A DNA stretch of 64,000 nt from Phycisphaeraceae bacterium. Lineage in GTDB: Bacteria > Planctomycetota > Phycisphaerae > Phycisphaerales > Phycisphaeraceae. Below are positions 32,022 through 41,765 of this stretch, in pieces. The stretch covers positions 4,320,001 to 4,384,000 of the forward strand of contig OY771506.1 of the NCBI GenBank assembly GCA_963674705.1, written 5' to 3'. Within the stretch, counting starts at the first letter, position 1. The number at the start of each line of letters is the position of its first letter. Position numbers and translations under genes: made by a program. The notes under the pieces are model-generated. The model did no database searches, was not told the DNA's origin, and saw only the letters and a program-made list of their open reading frames with translations.

Positions 32022-32848
32022 ATGACCCAGGCTCTGCACCCACAAGCGACGCTCGCCAAGCCCGAAGACCGCTTAGCCCTCCTTCATCGCGAGGCTGAGC
32101 ACTTCAACGACCACTACGCCAAGGAAGCTGCACAGGGCATCCACCCCCTCAGCGACTTCGACAAGATCCGCTACACCAATCCCACCGCCCGGACCATCTT
32201 CCCCCGCGAGTACTTCTACCACCTGCTCTCGCCACTGCAAGGCAAAAACACGCTCGAAATCGCCGCCGGCAACGGCATCGACGCCTGCCTCTGCGCACAC
32301 AACGGCGCTCAGGTCCACGCATACACGACCTGTCCGAAAAGTCCATCGACATGGTCCGCCAGCGTGCCCAGGTCAACGGCCTGTCCGACCGCATCCATAC
32401 CGAAGTCACCGGCGACTTCGCAAACGCCTTCAGGGGCCAGACCTTCGACGCGATCCTAGGCTACGCCGCACTCCACCACCTGCCCGACCTCGACGCCCTC
32501 AGCAGGCAGGTCTACGACCGGCTCAACCCCGGCGGCGTTGCCGTCTTTGCAGAGCCGGTGGTGAACTCTAAAACCCTCGACAAAATCCGCAAAATGATCC
32601 CTTACTCCATCCACGACATGACCGAGGATGAGGAGGTCATGAACGACAAGAGCATCGCCGAGTTCGCCCGCCCGTTCGACCGGATGGTACGCCGCGAGTT
32701 CCAACTCACCAGCCGCCTCTGGCCCATCTTCCCCAACAACTGGCCCCTCGCCCTGACCCTGCACAAACTGGACGCAGGCCTGCTCAAACTGCCGTTGATG
32801 AGAAGGTTCGCCACGGTCGTGGTGTTCGGGTTGTATAAGAAAAACTAG
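32022..32848 (+). pseudogene. class I SAM-dependent methyltransferase split by a frameshift at ~32325 (real or assembly error)
   Basis: TLEIAAGNG motif I; removing AC from TAC AC GAC gives VHAYDLSEKSIDMVRQRA; downstream FDAILG..ALHH, LNPGG..VFAEP. Confidence 0.85.
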
Positions 32849-32963
32849 AAATCGAGAAAACTGGAAATGGAGACATTGCGTCTCCGAACACCTCAGGCAC
32901 ACAGACAATGTTTTACTTCCTGATTTCTAGTTTTCCAGCTTTCCAGCTTTCCAGCTTTCCAGC
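32845..32963. repeat. imperfect inverted-repeat element built from 8-9-mer units, with a (TTTCCAGC)4 tail
   Basis: CTAGAAATC..CTGGAAA on the left; TTCCTGATTTCTAG TTTTCCAGC TTTCCAGC.. on the right. Confidence 0.65.
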
Positions 32964-33011
32964 GTCCCCCCATTGCCCCCTGATCCACCCGGGTTTACAA
33001 TACCCCACCCC

Positions 33012-33083
33012 GCCAGCATAGCTCAGCGGTAGAGCAGTTCTTTCGTAAAGAACAGGTCGTGAGTTCAAATCTCACTGCTGGCT
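33012..33083 (+). tRNA. tRNA-Thr (CGT)
   Basis: GCCAGCA/TGCTGGC acceptor stem, GTTCT-TTCGTAA-AGAAC anticodon arm, TTCAAAT T loop; TTGCCC-17-TACAAT upstream. Confidence 0.95.
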
Positions 33084-33088
33084 TTTGG

Positions 33089-33211
33089 GAAAAGCAGGAA
33101 AGCAGAAAATGGTAAAAACAGAAAATCAGGCATTCGTATAAGTACACGTCCAGTAGCCGGACGGCCGGCTCGAATTTTCTGCTTTCCAAATTTCCTGCTT
33201 TTCTGCTTTTT
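33089..33211. repeat. AGCAGAAA/TTTCTGCT-unit inverted-repeat element between the two tRNAs (second copy at 52258-52379)
   Basis: AAAAGCAGGAAAGCAGAAAATGG... pairs with ...TTTCCTGCTTTTCTGCTTTT. Confidence 0.75.
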
Positions 33212-33217
33212 CAAGCA

Positions 33218-33290
33218 GCCACCGTAGCTCAATTGGCAGAGCAGCGGTTTTGTAAACCGCAGGTTGAAGGTTCAAGTCCTTTCGGTGGCT
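33218..33290 (+). tRNA. tRNA-Thr (TGT)
   Basis: GCCACCG/CGGTGGC acceptor stem, GCGGT-TTTGTAA-ACCGC anticodon arm, TTCAAGT T loop. Confidence 0.95.
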
Positions 33291-33470
33291 TTCCCCCTCA
33301 AATACGCATCAACATGCCCGATCACGGCTTAAAGCCCGGTCGCTGTCCCATTCATAACCCAGAATCCTGTTATTGATTTAAGCCCAGCCCCCAAAGCCCG
33401 GTTATAGCCCGCAGGGCTTTGGCCGGGGTCTCTCCGCTCTCACCCGACACCCGACGTCTCAAGATACCCG

Positions 33471-33610
33471 CCCCTTCGCTTCGCTCAGAGGGAGAGAAGC
33501 CATTAGCCATTAGCCATCAGCAACAAGCAATACCATCCCCACACCCTACACCCTACACCCTACACCCCACACCCCACACCCCACACCCCACACCCCACAC
33601 CCCACACCCC
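33471..33610 (-). repeat. degenerate copy of the ~85-bp element with ~10 TGTGGGG/TGTAGGG heptamers
   Basis: CCCTTCGCTTCGCTCAG..(CCATTAG)n..GCAATACCAT then CCCCACA/CCCTACA units. Confidence 0.85.
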
Positions 33611-33717
33611 AATTATATCGCAATAACCTCCCCCTCCCGGCCCCCTGCCATCCCCCGGTTTAAACCTCAAAATCTCACTTTTTTCAATTTTTTAAACCCA
33701 ATATTCACGCCAGCACC

Positions 33718-33745
33718 TTTACAGGTACGAATACTGTTATATAAT
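33718..33745 (+). promoter_or_regulatory. promoter of prepilin-like gene 1
   Basis: TTTACA-16-TATAAT preceded by TGTTA; the same geometry precedes all four paralogues. Confidence 0.65.
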
Positions 33746-33962
33746 TTGGGTACGAGATTGCTTAGAATGTGATAGATTAATCCGCCGACCAACCATAGAA
33801 TTGAATGGTGGTTAATGCTGGTTTTCCGGATCCAGGCGGTTGGGCCGGACGGGGCAGGCAGTTCTTTCCCCGTCGAAAACGGGCCAACCCCGCACACCGC
33901 AGGGACGCACTCAGGCCCGGCTTCACGCCCCGCCAAGGCTAAACGAAACGAGGGAACAAAGC

Positions 33963-34850
33963 ATGCAACGCAAAATCTCCAAACCCAAACCCCACGGCTT
34001 CACGCTCATCGAATTGCTCGTGGTCATCTCCATCATCGCCCTGCTCGTCGGCATCCTCCTGCCGGCCCTCGGTGCGGCGAGGAAAGCGGCACGTTCATCG
34101 GTGTGCTTAAGTAACGAACGTCAGGTCGGCGTCGCGATAGGAGCTTATGCTTCGTCCAATAATGATCATATCCCTCTACTCCGTGGATTTGATATCCCGC
34201 TCTCAAGAGTCCCGGTTGGTGCGATTACCAACTACGGGGATGTTGATGCTCACTGGTACTGGACCAGCCGAATGGTGATTGATGGCTACGGCGCGGAACG
34301 GCAAATGTTCACCTGTCCATCATTCGATAGCGCTGAAGAAGCCACACTCGCGGACGGTACTCCCGTCACCATACGTGACGCCCCCCTGGATGACGCAGGC
34401 AATTATATCTGGCGTAACTCCGACTATGCCATCAATGTCGCAGCTTATGCCGCAAAACGTGCTGATCCTATTTTGATGGGTAATCAGGACAGGATTAAAA
34501 ATATGATGACATCGCTGCAAACCGCAGATATGTTGAATCCCAGTAATCACATCGGCGTGCTTGATTCATTCTTCATCGGCGCAGATCCGGAATCTCCCTT
34601 TGGATACAAAGCTAGCATCCCCCAACGTGGTGTTTTTGCACTGGCTGGTATCGTCACAACAATGCCTGGCGAACACCCGCACGCACGGCATGGTAGCAGC
34701 GCGATTAACATCCTCTGGGGTGACGGACACGCTTCAGCATTTACCGTCGAAGACAAGTATCGTCCCTACGACACACTCAATGGCTACAACACAGCCATGA
34801 CCCGACTCGATGATGAAAAAATCAATATGTGGGATACACGGACACGGTAA
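33963..34850 (+). CDS. prepilin-type N-methylation / H-X9-DG (DUF1559-like) protein 1
   Basis: [27 protein letters not shown]...[25 protein letters not shown]. Confidence 0.92.
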   Translation: MQRKISKPKPHGFTLIELLVVISIIALLVGILLPALGAARKAARSSVCLSNERQVGVAIGAYASSNNDHIPLLRGFDIPLSRVPVGAITNYGDVDAHWYWTSRMVIDGYGAERQMFTCPSFDSAEEATLADGTPVTIRDAPLDDAGNYIWRNSDYAINVAAYAAKRADPILMGNQDRIKNMMTSLQTADMLNPSNHIGVLDSFFIGADPESPFGYKASIPQRGVFALAGIVTTMPGEHPHARHGSSAINILWGDGHASAFTVEDKYRPYDTLNGYNTAMTRLDDEKINMWDTRTR

Positions 34851-34881
34851 GTCGATCGCCCAATTTTCTGTTCTGCCACTC

Positions 34882-34961
34882 AAACACCGCCATACCCGGC
34901 GGTGTTTTTTTGCCCATATTCATGAGAATAATCTTGCGAATATCGCCAGTTGTTATATAAT
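34882..34961 (+). promoter_or_regulatory. terminator (34882-34911) plus promoter TTGCGA-16-TATAAT
   Basis: ACACCGCC/GGCGGTGT stem with T run; module repeated at 35988 and 37542. Confidence 0.75.
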
Positions 34962-35079
34962 TAAATTAGCTGCCCAAGACGTTGCCCCTGATTGGGTTTG
35001 AATCATGCCGTAGTCTTGATGTGGTCAACGAATTGCTGAAACGACCGAACTTCTCACAGGTAAGCCACAGGTAAACACC

Positions 35080-35943
35080 ATGCTTGATAACAACAACAAA
35101 ACATCAGGCTTCACACTCATCGAACTGCTGGTGGTCATCTCCATTATCGCTCTGCTCGTCGGCATCCTCTTGCCGGCGCTGGGTGCTGCACGTAAGGCTG
35201 CGCAGAACGTCCAATGCGCCAGCAATGAACGCCAGGTCGGCGTCGCCATCGCCGCCTACGCCACCGACAGCAACGACCTGGTCACCCCCTACCAGTCTTG
35301 GGACCGCAGCCACCCCATCCATCTGGAAGCAAATAAAAACCGCACCCAATGGACGGATACCGGGATGTTCATCGGCGACTATGTCTGGACCAGCATCATC
35401 GTCACCAAGGGGTATGGGGCCGAACGAGACATGTTCCGCTGCCCGTCATTCCCCGAGGCCGATGAAAACAGTGATGTCAGCATCCGCACCGCCGACCTCG
35501 ACGACCCCGGACAGCGAAACTGGTTCAACACGGATTACGGCATCAACGCCGCGTGCTACGGCATGCGGAAGGGCCAGGACCTGCCGGCCGGTACTCCCAA
35601 CAGGGACCGTGGCCAGCCCATCCGCCAGGCCGAGATGAGAAAGCCCTCTTCGCACATCGCCACGGTAGACGTGTTCGTCACTCAATACGACCCGATGAAT
35701 CCAATGTACACACCCGGCCCACAACGCGGCTACTTTGTCGTCACGGGAGTGAAACAGGGACCGAACGTGGGGATCAATCCCCACGCACGGCACTCAAGCT
35801 CCATCAACATCCTCTGGGGTGACGGCCACGTTGATCCCTACGCGATCAATGACATCTATAACCCCTACGATGAGATGGGCGAAAGAGATACCGACCCCAC
35901 TGTCGACGGCAAACCCAATCTCTGGAACACCATCGATTACTGA
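35080..35943 (+). CDS. prepilin-type N-methylation / H-X9-DG protein 2
   Basis: Same N-terminal motif; [13 protein letters not shown]. Confidence 0.92.
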   Translation: MLDNNNKTSGFTLIELLVVISIIALLVGILLPALGAARKAAQNVQCASNERQVGVAIAAYATDSNDLVTPYQSWDRSHPIHLEANKNRTQWTDTGMFIGDYVWTSIIVTKGYGAERDMFRCPSFPEADENSDVSIRTADLDDPGQRNWFNTDYGINAACYGMRKGQDLPAGTPNRDRGQPIRQAEMRKPSSHIATVDVFVTQYDPMNPMYTPGPQRGYFVVTGVKQGPNVGINPHARHSSSINILWGDGHVDPYAINDIYNPYDEMGERDTDPTVDGKPNLWNTIDY

Positions 35944-35987
35944 TTTGCCCACACGGCCGGACCCAGTACATAAGCCCCGCTAACAAG

Positions 35988-36066
35988 ACACCGCCGCACC
36001 CGGCGGTGTTTTTTTCTTCCTGTTTTGCCAGAATGGACTTGTGATACGCCCCGACTGTTATATAAT
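35988..36066 (+). promoter_or_regulatory. terminator (35988-36015) plus promoter TTGTGA-16-TATAAT
   Basis: Near-identical hairpin and TGTTATATAAT box. Confidence 0.75.
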
Positions 36067-36197
36067 TAGCGCGATGATCTTATAGCTTGTGTTTCATGAC
36101 CGTCGTTCACGATGGCACGCAAGTAAATCACAGGGGGCCAGAGACTTCAGTTCGGCCGATTGCGGTCCAGTTCACGACACTACTTCGAGGGCCTGTC

Positions 36198-37085
36198 ATG
36201 TCATACAAAATCGCGAAAAGCAACGGCTTCACACTCATCGAACTGCTGGTGGTGATCTCCATCATCGCCTTGCTCGTCGGTATCCTCCTGCCGGCGCTCG
36301 GCGCGGCAAGGAAAGCGGCACGTTCATCCGTATGCCTGAGTAACGAACGGCAGATCGGGGTTGCCATCGGTGCCTATTCATCAACCAACAATGACTTTAT
36401 TCCGCTGTTCCGCGGCTTTAATATCCCATGGGAGAATGTGCCGGCTGCCTATATCCAAGGATATGGCAACACACCTGCCCATTGGTATTGGACCAGCCGA
36501 ATGGTGATTGATGGATACGGCGCTGAACGCCAGATGTATACCTGCCCGTCATTCGATAACGCCGAGGCGGCTACGAATGCTGCAGGTGACCCTGTAACCA
36601 TACGAGATGCACCGCTGGACGGCGATCATACCAACCCGGAATTCTACCTTTGGCGTAACTCAGATTACGCGATCAATGTATCTGCCTATGCGGCCAAACG
36701 AGGGGACCCGAATTACAATAGTTCAACGCTGAAGTCGAAAAATCTTTCTTTCAGTATTCAAACCGCTGACATGTTAAGGCCATCTGAACACATCGGTGTG
36801 TTAGATTCATTCTTCATCGCAGCCGATCCAAATTCGCCCTTTTACAACAGCAGCAAGAATATCCCCTATCGTGGAACCTTCGCGTTGGCTGGAATCGTCA
36901 CGACAGACCCCGGCGAACACCCGCACGCCCGTCATGGCAGCAGTGCCATCAACATCCTCTGGGGTGACGGCCACTGCAGCGCCTTTACCGTGGAAGACGA
37001 GTGGCGACCCTACGAAACCCTCGGCGACTGGGATACCGATCCGAAGGTCGACGGCATCCCCAACCGCTGGGATACACGCAACTGA
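36198..37085 (+). CDS. prepilin-type N-methylation / H-X9-DG protein 3 (closest to protein 1)
   Basis: Shares [50 protein letters not shown] with protein 1. Confidence 0.92.
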   Translation: MSYKIAKSNGFTLIELLVVISIIALLVGILLPALGAARKAARSSVCLSNERQIGVAIGAYSSTNNDFIPLFRGFNIPWENVPAAYIQGYGNTPAHWYWTSRMVIDGYGAERQMYTCPSFDNAEAATNAAGDPVTIRDAPLDGDHTNPEFYLWRNSDYAINVSAYAAKRGDPNYNSSTLKSKNLSFSIQTADMLRPSEHIGVLDSFFIAADPNSPFYNSSKNIPYRGTFALAGIVTTDPGEHPHARHGSSAINILWGDGHCSAFTVEDEWRPYETLGDWDTDPKVDGIPNRWDTRN

Positions 37086-37291
37086 TATCACTGGCCAGCA
37101 CCTCCATAATCAGATGTTAGTCCGGGCCCGCGGGTTCTACATAAACAAGAAGGCAATTAGCCACAGATAAACACCGATAAACACGGATTAGAAAAAAAGC
37201 CTGTTTTCAATACATCGGATCAAGATGCTTGTTTTAAGCCTCTTGAACCATGATGAATCGGATGCGGCCCAATTATTCTTGTTTTCATACC

Positions 37292-37386
37292 CGTGGCGAA
37301 ATATGCTCCCAAATTCGCGTCCATTCGCATTCATTCGCGGCTAACCAACACGCCACAACCTTCGCGCTCTTAGCGCCTTCGCGGTT
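37292..37386 (-). repeat. ~95-bp inverted copy of the composite element at 44627-44720
   Basis: Reverse complement reads AACCGCGAAGGCGCTAAGAGCGCGAAGGTTGTGG.GTGTTGGTTAGCCGCGAATGAA.GC.AATGGACGCGAAT..GGGAGCATATTT. Confidence 0.9.
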
Positions 37387-37541
37387 CACTCCCGCCGGGC
37401 GTCCGTCTATAACCCGCAGGGCAAAGGCGGTTGCTACAGTAATTAGTGATGCAGGCCCGGGCCTGCGGGTTGTTCTTGAATCCGGCATTCACACAAACGT
37501 ATCAATAACTACCTGCGTTTTCTTGCTCCAATCACGCCCCG

Positions 37542-37621
37542 ACACTGCCATACACGGCGGTGTTTTTTTATCCACTTCTTACCCGAAATGGGGTTGTGTT
37601 CCCATGGCAAAGTTATAGAAT
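37542..37621 (+). promoter_or_regulatory. terminator (37542-37569) plus promoter TTGTGT-16-TAGAAT
   Basis: Third copy of the hairpin + GTTATA.AAT module. Confidence 0.7.
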
Positions 37622-37771
37622 TAATTCAGTGAGATTATGGCTTGTGTTCGCGTGCATGGGTTCCGATGGCACGCAAGTAAATCAAAAGGGATTCGGGTTT
37701 CAGTTGGGTCGTGTCAATAATCAGTTCGCTTAGTTGAATTCCCATCTAAGGCATCACTTCAAGGACCTGTC

Positions 37772-38629
37772 ATGTCAACCAGGACAGTCAAAACAAACGG
37801 TTTTACGCTTATCGAATTGCTGGTGGTCATCTCCATCATCGCCCTGCTCGTCGGCATCCTCCTGCCGGCGCTGAGCGCAGCACGCGAATCGGCCCGCACC
37901 TCGGTCTGCTTAAGCAACGAACGCCAGGTCGGCATCGCCATCATGTCGTATGCGACGGACAACAAGGACTTTGTCGTACGTAACTCGTACAGCAGCACCG
38001 TCGTCAAGAACTTCTGGGCCAGCAGCACCGGTGTTGAATGGTACTGGACCAGCACACTTGCCATTCAGGGATATGGCGCCGAACGAAAAATGTACAAGTG
38101 CCCGAGTTTCGATACGGCGGAAAATGTCAGCGACTACACCATCCTGGTCGCAGACCTGGATGACCCGGCTGATAGCAGATGGCGTGATACCGACTACGGC
38201 ATCAACTGGTACTCCCTCGCCGGCCGAAACGCGTATGGCGATACGGATGAAGAAAGGTACTTCGGCACAAGCCGCCTGGATTGGGCGGAAGACCCGACCG
38301 GCACCCTGCTGACCTGTGATTCATGGTACGAGCAATTCAAAGAAGGAACGGCTCTGCATGATACACACCAGCGCGGCTGCCCCGTTGTCGGCGGCATTCC
38401 TACGAATACCGGCGGCCCACACGGAAGGCACGCCAGCCAGAAGTGCAACATCCTTTGGGCTGACGGCCACGTCGACGGCATGAACTTCCCCAACCTGACG
38501 TATAGCGATCGCGTCGACGGACCTTGGGGCCCCAACCAACTGGGCATCTTCAGTTCCACAGTTAGAAAACGTGTCGAAGCAGGCACGCTCAACATCAATG
38601 ATTATCCCAACGCGTGGGACCTTTGGTGA
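37772..38629 (+). CDS. prepilin-type N-methylation / H-X9-DG protein 4
   Basis: Same N-terminus; [17 protein letters not shown]. Confidence 0.92.
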   Translation: MSTRTVKTNGFTLIELLVVISIIALLVGILLPALSAARESARTSVCLSNERQVGIAIMSYATDNKDFVVRNSYSSTVVKNFWASSTGVEWYWTSTLAIQGYGAERKMYKCPSFDTAENVSDYTILVADLDDPADSRWRDTDYGINWYSLAGRNAYGDTDEERYFGTSRLDWAEDPTGTLLTCDSWYEQFKEGTALHDTHQRGCPVVGGIPTNTGGPHGRHASQKCNILWADGHVDGMNFPNLTYSDRVDGPWGPNQLGIFSSTVRKRVEAGTLNINDYPNAWDLW

Positions 38630-38674
38630 TCCGCTGATCGACGATGCAATCAACCCGAGACCTGAAGCGCGAAC

Positions 38675-38842
38675 TGTATAGCCGCGACCAGTGGTCGCGC
38701 CGCATCATCCAGCCATCAACACCCGACCAGCGCTAAACGGAACGTTAAACGGGGTCTGACCCCGTTTTGATTGTGGCCCCGTTTTGATTGTGTGACCCGT
38801 TTCGATTGCCGGTTAAGCGCGACCGATGGTCGCGGCTTTACA
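38675..38842. repeat. inverted REP-like doublet enclosing CCCGTTTTGATTG repeats
   Basis: TGTATAGCCGCGACCAGTGGTCGCGC (38675-38700) and its near reverse complement (38817-38842); AAACGGGGTCTGACCCCGTTT palindrome between them. Confidence 0.8.
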
Positions 38843-39084
38843 TTGGATTTTGCTTGCTTATGAGGTCGCGCACGGGGTCCGATGGTTATAGAAAAAGTGC
38901 CAGTTTGTGCGCGGCGGGTGTTTTCGTCGATGATCGTGCGCACTGCGATCAAACGCGACGGAGGCGTGCGCGCATCGGGTGGTGGATAAGTGACAGGTGC
39001 TGTGCGCCAAATTTGACAGCAGACCGGCCGTCAGCGCAGGGGCTTTTCACTCAAGCCTCACCCCTCAAGCCTTCTTCCCCCCAC

Positions 39085-40104
39085 TTATCGCCAGAAGCGC
39101 CACCACTGATTTTCCTTCTCGACCTCACGGATCAGGTAGTCCCACTGGAAGGCCGGGCCGGGATCGACCTTGGACTTGATGATGTGGTAGTGGCCGAGCA
39201 GGCCCTGATAGCTCTTAGCCATCTCATCATCGAGCACACCTTCGATCAGGTTGCCATCCTCATCGCGCGGATAATCGTTCTTGATCTTGGGGAAGACCTT
39301 TTCCAATGTAGCGGTGAGTTTGATGAGCGCTTTGTATTGTTCGGGCGTCAGGTCGTACTGGCAGATTTCGTTGCCGTTGATCGTGCCGCAGACAAGTTCC
39401 TGCGTCATCGGGCCTGACTTGAAGTTGGGCGTACGCACGCCGCCGTCGCCGCGCGACTCGGGGATCACCAGTTCGATGCTGCCGTCTTCGTTGGTTTTGT
39501 ACCAGTTTTGCAGGGTTTCCAGCTTGTCTTTGTTCCACGCGCCCATGTTGGCGATCTCGATACCGACCGACCGATCGTTGGCGGTGCCTGCGTGCCACGC
39601 GCGTTCCTTGAGGTCGAGCGTCTGGTAGATCGTGCCATCGATATCGAGCATGAAGTGGACGCTGAGCGTTCGGCGGTCGTGCAACACATCGAAGCACGTC
39701 TTGCTTGTGCCACAAACATCGTAGTGGATGACGAACTGATCGACGGTGTCCTGGAGCAGTTCCAGAGGCCAGCCGCCGTTCTTGATCTGCTGAACCACTT
39801 CGGGATCGAAGTGCTGGCCCTTGTACCGCAGGCTGTAGCGGTTGGGCGAATCGACATCGTCCTTGATCATATCCCACTGCGAGTCTTCATACGAGGGGAA
39901 GTGCTTCTCGACGCGATACGCATCGTAGCCGCCTTCATCCATCCAGGTCACGACCGGTGTGCCGGTGTGGAACAGTTGGCCGGCGACGATGATTTCATCG
40001 CCTTTGCGCTTGTTCAGTGCGCCGGGTGAGGTACAACCAACCAGGAAAATGCCCGCGACAGCCAGAACGAACAGGGTTGATAAACGCCGTGAGAGACTGG
40101 ACAT
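39085..40104 (-). CDS. N-acetylmuramoyl-L-alanine amidase (Amidase_2), lipoprotein
   Basis: Lipobox LVGC; VIHYD, SVHF, AWHAG, SVGIEI, LGHYHI, KVDPG zinc/catalytic motifs intact. Confidence 0.92.
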   Translation of the reverse strand: MSSLSRRLSTLFVLAVAGIFLVGCTSPGALNKRKGDEIIVAGQLFHTGTPVVTWMDEGGYDAYRVEKHFPSYEDSQWDMIKDDVDSPNRYSLRYKGQHFDPEVVQQIKNGGWPLELLQDTVDQFVIHYDVCGTSKTCFDVLHDRRTLSVHFMLDIDGTIYQTLDLKERAWHAGTANDRSVGIEIANMGAWNKDKLETLQNWYKTNEDGSIELVIPESRGDGGVRTPNFKSGPMTQELVCGTINGNEICQYDLTPEQYKALIKLTATLEKVFPKIKNDYPRDEDGNLIEGVLDDEMAKSYQGLLGHYHIIKSKVDPGPAFQWDYLIREVEKENQWWRFWR

Positions 40105-40141
40105 AGGGCAGATCTCCGGGGTAAAAGGTATGAAGTTATTG

Positions 40142-41665
40142 CTATTCGGTATCACTTAAACATTGCGGTTGATTATTACGCAATAATGTGCGCATGGCAA
40201 GCCACAGTAGCAGTGCATAGACCGGCAGGTACTCGCCGACGGCGACGGGTATAGGCACGCGGTAGCCGGCGGGGTTGAGGTGGGCTGCGTAGGACGCGGC
40301 GATGGTCAGGCTGAAAACCCACATCGGCCAATTGAACCATATCGGCATCAGCGCCAGCGCCCAGAGCAGGTACCACGGGTGGACAGTGCTTGAGAGCAGC
40401 AACGATGCGAACAGGTAGATCCCGGCCGATCGCGCGGGATTGGTTTGCGAGGCTTTGCTGAACGTTGCGTAGATGAGCACAACGAACAACGCAAGCATGA
40501 GGATGATATCGAGCCAGGGCTTATCGATAATCGTGTGTTTGATGATCGGGTAGATGGAGCCGTTGAACGCCCAGGAGTCGGCGAAGGTTTTGCCGGTTTC
40601 GATGAGGCCGGCGAGACCGCCTTTCATGAACATGAACGGGAGGTAGAGCGCGAGGCCGGTGAGGAGGGTTGATGTGGTTGCGAGGATGACTTGCTTGGGT
40701 TGGTGTCGCAATGACCAGGCTAAGGGTAAGGCAAGCGGCAGGACGATGGGTTTGACAGCGATGGCGAGGGCGAAGGTGATGCCGGCAAGGATGGTGTAGA
40801 TGAGTCGGCGTTTGTTAGTGGTGGAAGTTCTTACTGGTTGCACAGGGTATTCGGCCCTCACCCCGGCCCTCTCCCAGGGGGAGAGGGAGTTAGTCTTGTG
40901 CACACGGTAGACACAGTGCAGTGCTATAGCGAGGAAGGCGATGCCGATGGGGTCTTGGTGGCCGGAGCCGGCGACTTCGCTGATGGCTAAGGGATGCCAG
41001 GCGTAGGCGATCGCCCACCACGGGCTGCGGCCGGCGTCGCGCAGCCATGTCAGTAGGATGCCGATGATCGCGATATCGAAAAGGACGAAACCGAGGCGGA
41101 AGACCTTGTCGTGGTCCGGGTCCCAACGCTGAATAAACTGCGGTGACCACGACCAGATGCGGTCCAAACCGGCAAAGACGTACTGGCTGGTTGGCTGGTA
41201 GATCGTGACAAGCGTCGGGTGATTGATGCGGTCGGCAATCTGCGGGACAGGCAATTCATCTGCGGGGATGTCCGCAGGGGCGGTCATGTACGGATTCGTG
41301 CCTTGTGCGAGCGTTGCGCCGTCGTGGATGTAGCGGTAGATGTCGTCGCTGAGGACGGGTTGTGTCGTCAACACGACAGCGATCCTGGCTATCAGTGCTA
41401 CACCGACGATGCACCCGACGGCCCTTGCAGCATTCGGTGCCCAGTTCTTGTTTCGATACTGCTGGAGTACCCAGGTTAGCGCGATACTGCATAGAAGAAA
41501 GTAAACCCAATACCAGAACAATCCCACCAAACGTTTCTCCGGTAACGGCCAATCCCATATCCTGCTTTGCTCGAACAAGAGCACAACACCAACCACTGTC
41601 GAAAAAAAAGAAAACAGTATCCAGTGTGATGCGCGGTGTTCGTTGATAAATGCTAAGAACTTCAA
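40142..41665 (-). CDS. multi-TM GT-C-type glycosyltransferase (GT87/DUF2029-like)
   Basis: LSDDIYRY..DG, NPY..P, TIYQP, YAWHPL...E..GSGH.D, VHPWY motifs; many TM helices. Confidence 0.75.
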   Translation of the reverse strand: MKFLAFINEHRASHWILFSFFSTVVGVVLLFEQSRIWDWPLPEKRLVGLFWYWVYFLLCSIALTWVLQQYRNKNWAPNAARAVGCIVGVALIARIAVVLTTQPVLSDDIYRYIHDGATLAQGTNPYMTAPADIPADELPVPQIADRINHPTLVTIYQPTSQYVFAGLDRIWSWSPQFIQRWDPDHDKVFRLGFVLFDIAIIGILLTWLRDAGRSPWWAIAYAWHPLAISEVAGSGHQDPIGIAFLAIALHCVYRVHKTNSLSPWERAGVRAEYPVQPVRTSTTNKRRLIYTILAGITFALAIAVKPIVLPLALPLAWSLRHQPKQVILATTSTLLTGLALYLPFMFMKGGLAGLIETGKTFADSWAFNGSIYPIIKHTIIDKPWLDIILMLALFVVLIYATFSKASQTNPARSAGIYLFASLLLSSTVHPWYLLWALALMPIWFNWPMWVFSLTIAASYAAHLNPAGYRVPIPVAVGEYLPVYALLLWLAMRTLLRNNQPQCLSDTE

Positions 41666-41730
41666 GTGGGTAGCTCGATTACATGACTAACCGCTAGTTG
41701 GAGCATTTAATTCCGCCTTACGACGGATGT

Positions 41731-41757
41731 GGACAGCAAGCTGCCCCGCTAAACGGG
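41731..41757. repeat. REP-like hairpin stem-AGCAAGCT-stem followed by GCTAAACGGG (also 44102-44131 and 61633-61660)
   Basis: Three copies with a constant loop and tail but covarying stems. Confidence 0.8.
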
Positions 41758-41765
41758 CGTGATTT

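Noticed and set aside
33875..33950. c-di-GMP-I (GEMM) riboswitch before prepilin-like gene 1 (GGGCCAACC...GGGACGCA)
   Set aside because: Only partial resemblance: it lacks GGCAAA, the GNRA loop and GCAAAGC; an Infernal search would be needed
36113..36128. sigma54 promoter at TGGCACG (also ~37667)
   Set aside because: The -12 position reads TAAA instead of TTGC, and a good sigma70-like promoter lies upstream
33963..38629. Diversity-generating retroelement or integron driving the pilin array
   Set aside because: No reverse transcriptase, no adenine-specific TR/VR pair, no integrase and no clear attC sites in the window
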